A stretch of DNA of 32,594 bases from Candidatus Melainabacteria bacterium (lineage in GTDB: Bacteria > Cyanobacteriota > Vampirovibrionia > Vampirovibrionales > JAJTHC01): positions 1-32,594 of the forward strand of contig JAPLIO010000165.1 in NCBI GenBank assembly GCA_026389055.1, in the 5' to 3' direction. Shown here piece by piece: positions 19,436 to 28,234 of the stretch. Each line of letters begins with the position of its first letter. Within the stretch, counting starts at the first letter, position 1. The position numbers and the translations under genes were made by a program. A model generated the notes under the pieces. The model saw nothing but the letters and a program-made list of their open reading frames with translations, was not told the origin of the DNA and ran no database searches.

Positions 19436-20662
19436 CTAGATTCCTTTAGCGTTTTCTTGAGCCGTTAGCAGGGCTTGTTGTTCTTTGGCGGTTTGTTGGG
19501 AAATATTCATTAAAATGCCAATCATGCCCAGCGTAACCAACACGGAAGTACCCCCGTAACTAACCAATGGTAACGTAACCCCTGTTACAGGAAATAGCCC
19601 TGTAGCCACACAAATGTTAATAACTGCTTGAATAATAATGACCCAAGTTAGCCCAAAGGCTAGCAACTGACCAAACGCATTTTGGCATTGCATGGCGATA
19701 TAGAAGCCTCTAACCGCTAACCATGCGTATAGCCCTAACACTAAGCACGCCCCTACAAAGCCCATTTCTTCAGCCACAACGGCTAAGATGAAATCCGTAT
19801 GTTCAAAGGGTAAGAAATAAAGCTTTTGAATGGAATTACCAAACCCCCTGCCAAAAAATCCGCCCGAAGCAATCGCATAATAAGATTGAATGATGTTATA
19901 GCCCACGTCTTGCGGGTCTTTCCAAGGGTCTAACCAGCCTACAACCCGCTTGAGTTGATAGGGGGTATTTTGAATTTGAATCCACACAAAAATAAAGCCT
20001 AATGGTAAACCAATAGTGAAGCAGGGTAAGGCTAGCCCGCCAATAAATAACATACTTAACCAAGTAGAACCCAGCAATAGGGAAATACTCAAGTTGGGTT
20101 GTTTGAAAATTAAGCCAATCATCACCAAAACCACCAGTGAAAATTTGCCTACCAAGCCCCATTTATTTTTCAGTTGGCTTAACGCCGTTGCCATCAGCAT
20201 AACAACAGCGGGTTTGGCTAATTCAGAAGGCTGAAACTGGAAAGGCCCTAAGGGCAACCAGCGTTCACTACCATTGGTGGTTACGCCTTGGGCTAGGGTT
20301 AAAAATAACAAGCCTGAAACAATTAAGCCAAACGTCCAAGCGATGCTTTTAAGCCGTTGATACGGAAATTGAGCCATCCACCCCATCATACCGATGCCTA
20401 TAACCACAAACACCAACTGCTTTAACACTTGGCTAAAGGCATTACCACTAATCCCCAGCGAATAATTCGCACTGGCACTAAATAGGGCTAACAACCCGAA
20501 CACAATAATGCTATAAGTAACCCATAGTAGCTGAGAATCCGTCCCTTGCTTTAGTAAAAAACCCCCACTAAAGTACTGCAACAGCTTGATAACCAACGGC
20601 ATTGTACCGACTCGTTTTTTGAACGCTTTTTTAAGCCGCTTATTTTTTGCCGTGTAAGCCAT
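19436..20662 (-). CDS. ftsW: SEDS peptidoglycan glycosyltransferase FtsW
   Basis: NGSERW, FQPSELAK, GGFFGRGFG.S.QK..LP..HTDFI, EEMGFVG, PVTGVTLPLVSYGGTS; between murD and murG. ATG 20662 overlaps the murD stop (TAATG). Confidence 0.93.
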   Translation of the reverse strand: MAYTAKNKRLKKAFKKRVGTMPLVIKLLQYFSGGFLLKQGTDSQLLWVTYSIIVFGLLALFSASANYSLGISGNAFSQVLKQLVFVVIGIGMMGWMAQFPYQRLKSIAWTFGLIVSGLLFLTLAQGVTTNGSERWLPLGPFQFQPSELAKPAVVMLMATALSQLKNKWGLVGKFSLVVLVMIGLIFKQPNLSISLLLGSTWLSMLFIGGLALPCFTIGLPLGFIFVWIQIQNTPYQLKRVVGWLDPWKDPQDVGYNIIQSYYAIASGGFFGRGFGNSIQKLYFLPFEHTDFILAVVAEEMGFVGACLVLGLYAWLAVRGFYIAMQCQNAFGQLLAFGLTWVIIIQAVINICVATGLFPVTGVTLPLVSYGGTSVLVTLGMIGILMNISQQTAKEQQALLTAQENAKGI

Positions 20663-22149
20663 TAAAGAACGACCTCCGTGGGTTGGGATGATAAGGGGGT
20701 AATAGGGGCCGTTTGCCATGCCAGCACTTGCTGTTTAAAGGCGTTGCCTCTGGCTTCAAAATGCTTGAATTGGTCAAAACTAGCCGTGGCCGGGGAAAGC
20801 AACACGACTGACTCTTTAGCGGATGTTTCTAACTGGGTTAACGCCAAAGCAACGGCTTCGGGCTGGGTGGCAACACGGTGAATAGTGCCTTCAAACCCAA
20901 TGGCTGTTAAGGCTTCTTGAAAGCAAGTTTGGTCTGCCCCATTTAAAATAACGATTTGGCAGTGGCGTTTAACGGCAGATGCCCATGCTTCTAACGGCGT
21001 TCCCTTGGCTTTTCCGCCTGCAATTAAAATGACGGATTGGGCAGGGAAGCCTTCCAGTGCTTTCATGCACGCTTCAGGGTTGGTGGCTTTGGAATCATTA
21101 TAAATTTGCCAATCTGGGTGGCTGGGCAAGAAAACCCGTTCACACCGATGTGCCACGGCGGTGAATGTTTCAATGCCTGCTTGAAGTGCCGTAGCCGAAA
21201 CGCCCTGCAAATGGGCAATACCCACGGCAACCAATAAATTTTCTAAATTATGAGACCCCTTTAGCTGAAACCCCTCTACCGTGCAAAGAGGCTTCACTTG
21301 TGGGGCTTCCCGAAGCCAAACAGTGTTGCCTTCAATCCACAAGGCAGAGGTTGTTGATGCTAGCAATGGGTTTTCAGGGGTTAAGCTATAAGCCAAAACC
21401 GAAGCGGTTGTTTCCGCAATCCAACCTTTAGCAGTAGGGTCATCAGCGTTTAAAACCACCCACGGTGGGGCTAGTTTTCCCACAAACAAGGTTTTCTTAG
21501 CCTGCTCATAGGCTAGTAGCCCGCCATGCCAATCGAGATGATCAGGCGTGAAGTTGGTGAACCCCGAAGTGGCTAAGTGTGCCAAGGTATCGCTGTATTC
21601 TAGCTGGTAGGAGCTGAGCTCCATTACGGCATAGGTTGTGGGTTGTGGGTTTTCTTGTGTTAAGGCGTTTAAAACTACCGTGGCTACAGGCAACCCAATA
21701 TTCCCACAGGCAACTGAAGAAAGTCCGCCTTGTTGCAGTAGCCACTGGGTTAAGGCGGTAACGGTGGTTTTTCCATTTGTGCCAGTAATGCCCAAGCTGA
21801 TGAGTTTTTCCGAAACAATTTGTTCTAACGCCCATGAAACTTCCGAACAGACCCTAACGGTGGGCTTTTGGGCTTTTAATTGTTGAATAATAGGGGCTTT
21901 AATGGGAATACCTGGGCTAACGACGACGGTTTGGGCGTGCGTTAAGCACTGTTGCGAATGCCCACCTGTTTCCAATGTAACAGTCGGTAGTTGAGCGAAG
22001 GCATCTAGTAGTGCGGGGGCTATTTTTTCTGGTAGGTTAAATTCGCTGACCAAAATAGCGGTATAACCCAGATGGTTAGCTAGTTGTGCCACTGCCAAGC
22101 CTGAGGTGGAAGCCCCTAGAATGGTTAAGTTTTTTGAAGAGGTTGGCAT
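20662..22149 (-). CDS. murD: UDP-N-acetylmuramoyl-L-alanine--D-glutamate ligase
   Basis: VVSPGIP, GITGTNGKTT, CGNIG, ELSSYQL, DHLDWH, NDSKATN, LLSPATASFDQF..FEARG. Confidence 0.96.
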   Translation of the reverse strand: MPTSSKNLTILGASTSGLAVAQLANHLGYTAILVSEFNLPEKIAPALLDAFAQLPTVTLETGGHSQQCLTHAQTVVVSPGIPIKAPIIQQLKAQKPTVRVCSEVSWALEQIVSEKLISLGITGTNGKTTVTALTQWLLQQGGLSSVACGNIGLPVATVVLNALTQENPQPTTYAVMELSSYQLEYSDTLAHLATSGFTNFTPDHLDWHGGLLAYEQAKKTLFVGKLAPPWVVLNADDPTAKGWIAETTASVLAYSLTPENPLLASTTSALWIEGNTVWLREAPQVKPLCTVEGFQLKGSHNLENLLVAVGIAHLQGVSATALQAGIETFTAVAHRCERVFLPSHPDWQIYNDSKATNPEACMKALEGFPAQSVILIAGGKAKGTPLEAWASAVKRHCQIVILNGADQTCFQEALTAIGFEGTIHRVATQPEAVALALTQLETSAKESVVLLSPATASFDQFKHFEARGNAFKQQVLAWQTAPITPLSSQPTEVVL

Positions 22150-22353
22150 ACCAATCAGCAAGTATTTCTAGCAGGCAACAGGAGGAAAAAATGGTCATAG
22201 TGCCCTTTTATTGTAGCCTAACAAGGGTATCAAGACAAGGGAGTGCCTTATTTTTTTAGGATAGTAATTTTAGTGCTTTATGGTATCATTTTTTGGTAGA
22301 GGGTCTAGCCTAAGCGTTTCGTTCAATATTTTGGATCATAAGGAGTAGTTTTA

Positions 22354-22650
22354 ATGAAAATGATTGCAGATTTATGTGTGGTTCCTTTAGGGGTAGGTGT
22401 TTCTGTTAGTATTTATATTGCAGAATGTGAGCGGGTGTTGTTAGCCAGTGGGTTAAATCATCAATTACATGCTTATGGTACGAACATTGAGGGCGATTGG
22501 GATGCGGTAATGGCGGCGATTAAGGCTTGCCATGAGGCGGTGCATGCGATGGGGGCACCGAGAATTACCACGACGTTGAAAATGGGGACTCGGGTAGACA
22601 GAGACCAATCGATGGCAGAGAAGGTTTCCAGCGTTCAGGAAAAAATGTAG
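22354..22650 (+). CDS. MTH1187/YkoF family thiamine-binding protein
   Basis: ADLCVVPLG...SVS.YIA, HAYGTNIEGDWD.V, HAMGAPRI...K.GTR.D; AAGGAG SD. Confidence 0.9.
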   Translation: MKMIADLCVVPLGVGVSVSIYIAECERVLLASGLNHQLHAYGTNIEGDWDAVMAAIKACHEAVHAMGAPRITTTLKMGTRVDRDQSMAEKVSSVQEKM

Positions 22651-22749
22651 TTAGTTTCTTGGCGTTGTTTTATAGCATTTGGATGCCCTTGGTGTTTTTT
22701 TGCCGACCCAAGCCCATAGGGCTTTACTTTGGGGGGCTCGCGATCCCCC

Positions 22750-23601
22750 CTAATCCACCTTCACCACGGCGTACGGGGCGGGTTTACTGCAGATGCCCAC
22801 AATGGCATCATGCACGGCTAGGCACCCATTACTACCCACAATATCTATCTTCCGCTGGCTAATATCTAAGGGCTTACCAAACCAATCGGTTACACGCCCA
22901 CCCGCCTCGGTAATCAACAAAACCGCTGCCGCAATATCCCAAGGCGAAAGCCGAAGCTCCCAAAAGCCATCCAGCCTCCCCATCGCTGTATAAGCCAAAT
23001 CCAACGCAGCTGAACCTAACCTGCGGACACCATGGCACTGCTCCATAAACCGCAAGAAATACCCCATATTATCGTGCGAAGTCGTCTTGCTATCGTTGGG
23101 GAACCCTGTAGCTAATAACGATTGCCCTAAACTTTTAATGCTACTAACCCGCAACGCTACCCCATTGAGGTTCGCCCCTTCGCCCTGAATGGCGGTAAAT
23201 AATTCGTTGGTAATGGGGTTATAAACCACGGCTACCACGGGTTGACCGTCTACCATATAGGCAATGCTAACGGCACATTGCGGAAAGGCGTGGGCGAAGT
23301 TGGTGGTGCCATCAATGGGGTCTATCACCCAAGTGTGGCTTAAATCAATGGCGTGGGTTTCTTGAAAACTTTCTTCGGTTAAGAATAAATCTTCGGGGAA
23401 GGCTTCTTGTAGATGGTCTAAAATCAGAAAATCGCAGGCTTTATCGTAGGCGGTTACTAAATCTCGTTGGGTGGCTTTGGTTTCTACGGCACAGGCTTTA
23501 GAAGGGCAAACGAAGCGTTCGTGGAATTGAAGCCCTGCTAATTTGGCAACGGTAACGGCTACTTGCAACCGATGTTGCAGGGTTTGTTTAGAAAGGCTCA
23601 T
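22750..23601 (-). CDS. suhB: Inositol monophosphatase family protein (SuhB-like)
   Basis: DLVT..D, TEES, WVIDPIDGTTNFAH, RRLGSAALDLAY.A.GR.DGFWE, PWDIAA. AGAGGA SD favours ATG 23601. Confidence 0.9.
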   Translation of the reverse strand: MSLSKQTLQHRLQVAVTVAKLAGLQFHERFVCPSKACAVETKATQRDLVTAYDKACDFLILDHLQEAFPEDLFLTEESFQETHAIDLSHTWVIDPIDGTTNFAHAFPQCAVSIAYMVDGQPVVAVVYNPITNELFTAIQGEGANLNGVALRVSSIKSLGQSLLATGFPNDSKTTSHDNMGYFLRFMEQCHGVRRLGSAALDLAYTAMGRLDGFWELRLSPWDIAAAVLLITEAGGRVTDWFGKPLDISQRKIDIVGSNGCLAVHDAIVGICSKPAPYAVVKVD

Positions 23602-23627
23602 TATCATCAATCCTCTACCTTAAAAAA

Positions 23628-23773
23628 TAGACCTCTTGCATGACTCGATATCTGGGGCATCTTTTTTGTCATTTACGGTACTCCCTCAGGTTAAGTAGTT
23701 AGGCTACATGCCCATCGGTGCGTTCCGCATTCCTCAAATCTGCACCCACCTATCAAGTCATGCAAGAGATTTA
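23628..23773. mobile_element. RPE-1-like palindromic element, copy B (146 bp)
   Basis: TAGACCTCTTGCATGACTCGATA ... TATCAAGTCATGCAAGAGATTTA terminal inverted repeats; homologous to the reverse complement of 27486-27631. Confidence 0.88.
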
Positions 23774-23787
23774 TTGTAACACGGCAT

Positions 23788-23825
23788 AAAAAAAACCTGT
23801 AATTGAAAAAACCTTCAACTACAGG
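23788..23825 (-). terminator. Intrinsic terminator on the minus strand
   Basis: Minus strand CCTGTAGTTGAA-GGTTTT-TTCAATTACAGG followed by 8 T. Confidence 0.75.
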
Positions 23826-24039
23826 GGGGACATAGGCTATAGGGTGTGTGTTTCAAGGGAAAATTAAACAATTTCTCTCTTTTTAGGTTGAGGGGTAATG
23901 GGGTAGTTGTCCCTCAACAGGTTAATAAAAACAATCTATCTACCTAAATTGCGTTTGTAACTGAATTGTTACAACGCTAAATGAAAACAACCCCCTCTGG
24001 CTTCTATTTGAAAACCAAAGGAGGTTAATCTATATGAAC

Positions 24040-24110
24040 TGTCATTCCGAGCGAAGTCGAGGAATCTCCTTGCCGTCTAGGGAGATGTTTCGACTACGCT
24101 CAACATGACA
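24040..24110. repeat. TGTCA/CGTC-type palindromic REP-like element
   Basis: TGTCATTCCGAGCGAAGTCGAGGAATCTCC ... GGAGATGTTTCGACTACGCTCAACATGACA, a long imperfect inverted repeat of the widespread GTCAT..GAGCGAAG..GAATCT type. Confidence 0.8.
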
Positions 24111-24125
24111 ATATCATTTAAGTTT

Positions 24126-24665
24126 TTAGTAGAACATTAAATCGCCACCACGCTCAAACGCACGCATTTCTTTCCAAGGCGTATGGTCTGGTGTTACGGG
24201 GCGTTTTGTTGGTACAAAGCTTGCCATTGGTTTTAATTTGCCAATATGCCGAGGCATTACAATACTGCTAGCCGTTGTGTTGTAAACCTGCCGTGTGTGG
24301 AAAGTAGTTGCTCTGCTATTATGGCTAGGGGTTGGTGCCATACCATTACCATGGTCAGCTGCCCACTGGCTATCATGTCCTTTGGTGTATAAATCCGGCG
24401 TTTCTTCCATGTAAGTGGTTTTGGCTTCATCTACCATTTGACGAAATGGCTTACCTGAAGTGGTTTTTGATGGAGTGCTGGCTTCTTCACCTTCCATTGC
24501 GGTAGGTGCTTCGGCTTCCCATGGGGCTTGGCTCATTAAGGTATAGGCTGGTTGGGTTTCTTCAGCTTGGGCAACCATGGTGCCAACGTTTACGGAACAG
24601 ATTAGTGCTAAAACAAGTGCAGAGAGGAAATGAGATTTTTTCACGAAATAAGGTGTCCTTTTCAT
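24126..24665 (-). CDS. Hypothetical exported protein
   Basis: Basic N-terminus, hydrophobic stretch and AQA signal-peptidase site; low-complexity mature part. Confidence 0.65.
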   Translation of the reverse strand: MKRTPYFVKKSHFLSALVLALICSVNVGTMVAQAEETQPAYTLMSQAPWEAEAPTAMEGEEASTPSKTTSGKPFRQMVDEAKTTYMEETPDLYTKGHDSQWAADHGNGMAPTPSHNSRATTFHTRQVYNTTASSIVMPRHIGKLKPMASFVPTKRPVTPDHTPWKEMRAFERGGDLMFY

Positions 24666-24765
24666 CCATTCAGTAACGAAGATTCAGTCAATTAGTCAGA
24701 CCATTTGATAGTCTAACTGTCGATAGGTATCCTTCGTTTCTTTAATGAAAGATGAAAAAGTTTCG

Positions 24766-25935
24766 TTAAACGGCAGAAACTGTTACAGTTTGTAACAAAC
24801 ACTGATGAATCGTTTGCAAAGCCCGTGGGTGCATAGCAAGGGTAACATGGTCTATCGCCCAATCATCTAACAAATGGTTAAACACCATGCCATTAGGCAG
24901 TTGAGGCTTTAAAAATGCTTTGCGAAACGGCACTAAAAAATCCCATGTGGTAACAATACTATGGTAAACAACCCCAGCCCCTTGTTTTACTAAGTTACCA
25001 TTCCACCGAATCAGTTCATCAAACACTTTGGGAATGGGTTTCCCAACATTTCTGGGAATCCAGCCATTTTTGAGGATTTCAACGCCATCGGCACCCAAGA
25101 AACCTGAACCTAAGGCAATCAGCGTTTTAATGGGCGGATTCTTGCCTGCATTTTGTAGCGTGTTAATTAAATGTTGCGTAACAATACCACCCAAAGAATG
25201 CCCGATAACGTGGACTTGAGGCACATTATGCCGTTGCATAATATCTGCTAGTTGGGTATAAACCGCCTCGGCGGATTCTGCTACTTCAGATAAACCTTGA
25301 TTAGGCAGGGTTGCCACATAAACGGGATAGCCTAGCTGAGAAAAATAATCCACCATGGCTCTAAAAAAGACGGGCGGTGTATTTAAACCCGGTACAATTA
25401 AGATAGGTAGCATGGGTTCTTTTTGCCCATCGGTAGCCTGAATGATAGCAGGAACCGATGAGGCTAGGTTCGTTTCTTCAGCAACGGGATGTTCTGCTGA
25501 TTTTGCCCCTTTATCTTCTCGTTCAAAATAGGTTTCTTCTACGGCTTTGGCAATGGTCGGCACGCTTTTGGCAACAAAAGCCCCTCTGCGGTTGAGGGCG
25601 TAATAATCTTGTCTGTTCTGTGGGGAAAGCGTGAACATGCGTAACAGAGCCACCCCATAGGCAATGCACAACGCCCACCATTGGGGAATCCGTCGGCGTT
25701 TGTTGGGGGGTACCCAATCGCTATTCATGTAATCTGTAAAATTATTGGCTTCTTGTTTGATGAGTTTGCGATGAATGGGCGAAAGTTTCATAATTGCCAT
25801 AGCAAACATACTGCCTGCGGTGGAATACATCCAGTTTTTAGGCTGGGCAGGTAGTTTTTTCCATGTTAGGCAAGTTAATCGCCAAATCGTGCTGAAAGAC
25901 GATGTAAAAAATGAAAAAATAGTCGATAGACTCAA
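24766..25935 (-). CDS. Alpha/beta hydrolase (lipase/esterase-like) with N-terminal extension
   Basis: PILIVPGL oxyanion segment, VHVIGHSLGG nucleophile elbow, D(FLVP) and (D)H candidates for the triad. Start uncertain. Confidence 0.8.
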   Translation of the reverse strand: MSLSTIFSFFTSSFSTIWRLTCLTWKKLPAQPKNWMYSTAGSMFAMAIMKLSPIHRKLIKQEANNFTDYMNSDWVPPNKRRRIPQWWALCIAYGVALLRMFTLSPQNRQDYYALNRRGAFVAKSVPTIAKAVEETYFEREDKGAKSAEHPVAEETNLASSVPAIIQATDGQKEPMLPILIVPGLNTPPVFFRAMVDYFSQLGYPVYVATLPNQGLSEVAESAEAVYTQLADIMQRHNVPQVHVIGHSLGGIVTQHLINTLQNAGKNPPIKTLIALGSGFLGADGVEILKNGWIPRNVGKPIPKVFDELIRWNGNLVKQGAGVVYHSIVTTWDFLVPFRKAFLKPQLPNGMVFNHLLDDWAIDHVTLAMHPRALQTIHQCLLQTVTVSAV

Positions 25936-26083
25936 GATATCACCAAGGCTTTGGCCACATTATGGTAACGAAAGTGCCACACTGTACTATAACACGGTTT
26001 GGGGAAAATTTATCAAATTTCAATAAAAATTTACGTTTATCTGCGGATTTCATATCAACCCAAAGATTGAATAGCGTATTGAA

Positions 26084-26151
26084 TGTAGGGGCGTGATTTA
26101 TCACGTCCGCCCCTCAATCCCCAAACGGATGCGATAAATCGCACCCCTACA
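26084..26151. repeat. GTAG-type REP doublet (REPIN-like), copy 1
   Basis: TGTAGGGGCGTGATTTATCACGTCC-spacer-GGATGCGATAAATCGCACCCCTACA: two inverted GTAG-tagged hairpins; 64/68 identical to the reverse complement of 31689-31756. Confidence 0.9.
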
Positions 26152-26193
26152 ATTTTAGACTCAATAATATTTTGAATGGATTTTACAACCCCA

Positions 26194-27102
26194 TTACTGC
26201 TTTTTAACAATGCTCATGGCACTAGAAATTAGGCTACTAATGTTGCTTAAATCCGCTGGTACAATCAGTGTGGTGCCTTCTTTGGCTAAGTTTGAAAATG
26301 CGGCAACGTATTGTTCGGCTACCTTCAATTCCACTGCTTTCGCCCCACCATCGGTTGCGATTGCTTTCGCCACGGTGCTAATCGCTTCGGCTGTAGCGGT
26401 TGCCACTACTCGGATTGATTCCGCATCACCCATCGCTTTGTTAATAACGGCTTGCTTTTTCCCTTCAGATTCGGCAATGGCAGCTTGCCGCTCCCCGTTG
26501 GCTCGGTTAATTTGTTGTTGCAAATCGCCTTCTGATTGAGCGATTTTTGCCCGTTTTTCTCGTTCGGCGGTTAATTGCAATTGCATGGTTTTCAGCACGA
26601 TATCGGGCGGTGTAATATCTTTTACTTCATAGCGAATTAGCTTGACGCCCCACTCTTCAGACGCTTCATCTAGCACGCTAACTACGGCAAAATTGATGGT
26701 TTGACGTTCTTCTAATAGGCGGTCTAGTTCTCGTTTGCCCACTTCTGAACGGAGTGTAGTTTTGGCTAATTGCTCAATGGCGAACCGAAAATCAGAGGTT
26801 CCGTAGGAAGCCAGCTTGGGGTCGGTAATTTTGTAGTAAAGAATCCCGTCAATGTGGACTTGGGTGTTGTCTTTGGTGATGCACACTTGGGGTTGCACGT
26901 CCATGGGTATTTCTTTTAGGCTATGCACGTAGGCAATTTTATCGACGAAGGGAATGACGAAGTGCAGCCCTGCGTGCAGGGTTTTTTGGTACATCCCGAA
27001 GCGTTCAATCACGTAGACGGTTTGTTGTGGCACAATTTTCACAATGCTACTTAGCACCCATACTGCCACCCCTGTGGGTATAACCCAAGAAAAATCAGCC
27101 AT
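26194..27102 (-). CDS. SPFH/band 7 stomatin-like protein (QmcA/SLP-2 type)
   Basis: IVPQQ..YVIERFG.Y..TL.AGLHF.IPFVDKIAY, ITKDN, LRSEVGK..LD, WGVKL.RYEVKDI, AEREKRA. AAGGAG SD before ATG 27102. Confidence 0.93.
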   Translation of the reverse strand: MADFSWVIPTGVAVWVLSSIVKIVPQQTVYVIERFGMYQKTLHAGLHFVIPFVDKIAYVHSLKEIPMDVQPQVCITKDNTQVHIDGILYYKITDPKLASYGTSDFRFAIEQLAKTTLRSEVGKRELDRLLEERQTINFAVVSVLDEASEEWGVKLIRYEVKDITPPDIVLKTMQLQLTAEREKRAKIAQSEGDLQQQINRANGERQAAIAESEGKKQAVINKAMGDAESIRVVATATAEAISTVAKAIATDGGAKAVELKVAEQYVAAFSNLAKEGTTLIVPADLSNISSLISSAMSIVKKQ

Positions 27103-27214
27103 TACAAACAAGCTCCTTATTTTTAAAAACGATAATTTAACAGATATAATTTATTGCCATGATACCATATTTTATAAAATTATGGAAAGATCTTCTAATT
27201 GTTCGCATTTTATA

Positions 27215-27243
27215 TTGACAAAGCTCGCTTTAATCGCTATACT
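27215..27243 (+). promoter_or_regulatory. Near-consensus sigma70 promoter; predicted leaderless transcript of the toxin gene
   Basis: TTGACA (27215-27220), 17-bp spacer, TATACT (27238-27243); ATG begins 7 nt later at 27250 with no SD. Confidence 0.8.
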
Positions 27244-27249
27244 ATCAAT

Positions 27250-27674
27250 ATGATTAAAGTATTATTTACAAACACCGCTATTAAACAACTAACCAAAATA
27301 CCGCCACTCATTGCCAAAAAAGCGTTGGCTTGGGCAGCAGAGGTAGAGAACAAGGGGCTACTGGCTTCAAGGCTTATTAAAGGAAAGCATGACGAACCCT
27401 TGAAAGGCAAACGCCAAGGACAACGCTCCGTAAGACTAAATAAACAATGGCGATTGATTTATAGCGAAATAACGCTTGAAATAATTAGACCTGTTACATG
27501 GCTCGATAGGTGGGTGCAGATTCTAGGAATGAGGAACGGAGAACCGCAGGTGTACACTTTAGTACATGAGGATTCGAGTACCGCAAATGACAACGAAGAT
27601 GCCCCAGATATCGAGTCATGTAACAGGTCTAGTGAAATACAGGAGATTATCCCCATGATTATAGAACCCGCTAA
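27250..27674 (+). pseudogene. HigB/RelE-like toxin interrupted by an in-frame RPE-like insertion and a 1-nt frameshift at its 3' end
   Basis: HDEPLKGKRQGQRSVRLNKQWRLIY is nearly identical to the paralogue at 30760-31026. The expected end PHDYRTR* lies in the -1 frame after the C4 run at 27651-27654. Confidence 0.75.
27486..27631. mobile_element. RPE-1-like palindromic element, copy C, inserted in frame in the toxin gene
   Basis: TAGACCTGTTACATGGCTCGATA ... TATCGAGTCATGTAACAGGTCTA (22/23 inverted repeat), TA at both ends, net 144 bp. Translates to RPVTWL...VYTLVHEDSST...CNRS. Confidence 0.92.
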
Positions 27675-28014
27675 ATTAGATAGCCTCATGGAACAATACC
27701 CTGAAGGCGTACCCGCTGAAGCATTATTTGAGGCGATTGGTTATCAACACCAAGAAGCTTCTTTGGGTAGTATGATGAGGGAATGGCGACAATGTGAGGG
27801 CTGGACTTTAACTGAAACGGCTCAAAAGCTGGGTATTTCGAAGCAATTTTTATCGGAATATGAACGAGGTCATAAATTACCCTCTATCAAAAAAGTAATT
27901 GAAATAGCCACAACCTTTGAAGTAGACCCTGCTTCTTGGCTGAAATTTCGGCTACAAGATGAATTACGCATGAATGGGTATGATGGCACGTTGGATATTT
28001 TTAAAATCGCCTAA
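27655..28014 (+). CDS. HigA-like XRE-family HTH antitoxin
   Basis: SLGSMMREWR...TLTETAQKLGISKQFLSEYERG.KLPS. Its ATG lies inside the toxin CAT-G codon, as in the paralogous pair. Confidence 0.85.
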   Translation: MIIEPAKLDSLMEQYPEGVPAEALFEAIGYQHQEASLGSMMREWRQCEGWTLTETAQKLGISKQFLSEYERGHKLPSIKKVIEIATTFEVDPASWLKFRLQDELRMNGYDGTLDIFKIA

Positions 28015-28021
28015 AAACCCC

Positions 28022-28050
28022 TTGCACACACGCCGTGTTTCACTTACTGT
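28022..28050 (+). promoter_or_regulatory. Candidate rplS promoter
   Basis: TTGCAC-N17-TACTGT, about 180 nt upstream of rplS. Confidence 0.45.
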
Positions 28051-28234
28051 ATTAAAGAGACATTAGGGTTGCTTTGCCTTCTTTTATTAGAAGCACTGCA
28101 CTATTAACCCACCAGCCAGTCGGTTAATAGACCACTATTATTATTTTGACCGTGCGCTACTGGAACTGCCCTGCCCTGTATCACGCTCCGCTTTTACTTT
28201 GTAAAAGTGTCAATTCAGAAAAGAGATACCCCTC

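Noticed and set aside
22729-22753. GGGGGG-CTCGCGAT-CCCCC hairpin as another copy of the 220-bp repeat
   Set aside because: Too short to establish homology; could be a simple hairpin between convergent genes.
27199-28014. 271-aa ORF as a novel natural toxin-linker-antitoxin protein
   Set aside because: Explained by a repeat insertion plus a 1-nt frameshift. The TTG at 27199 is also upstream of the promoter, so the start is 27250.
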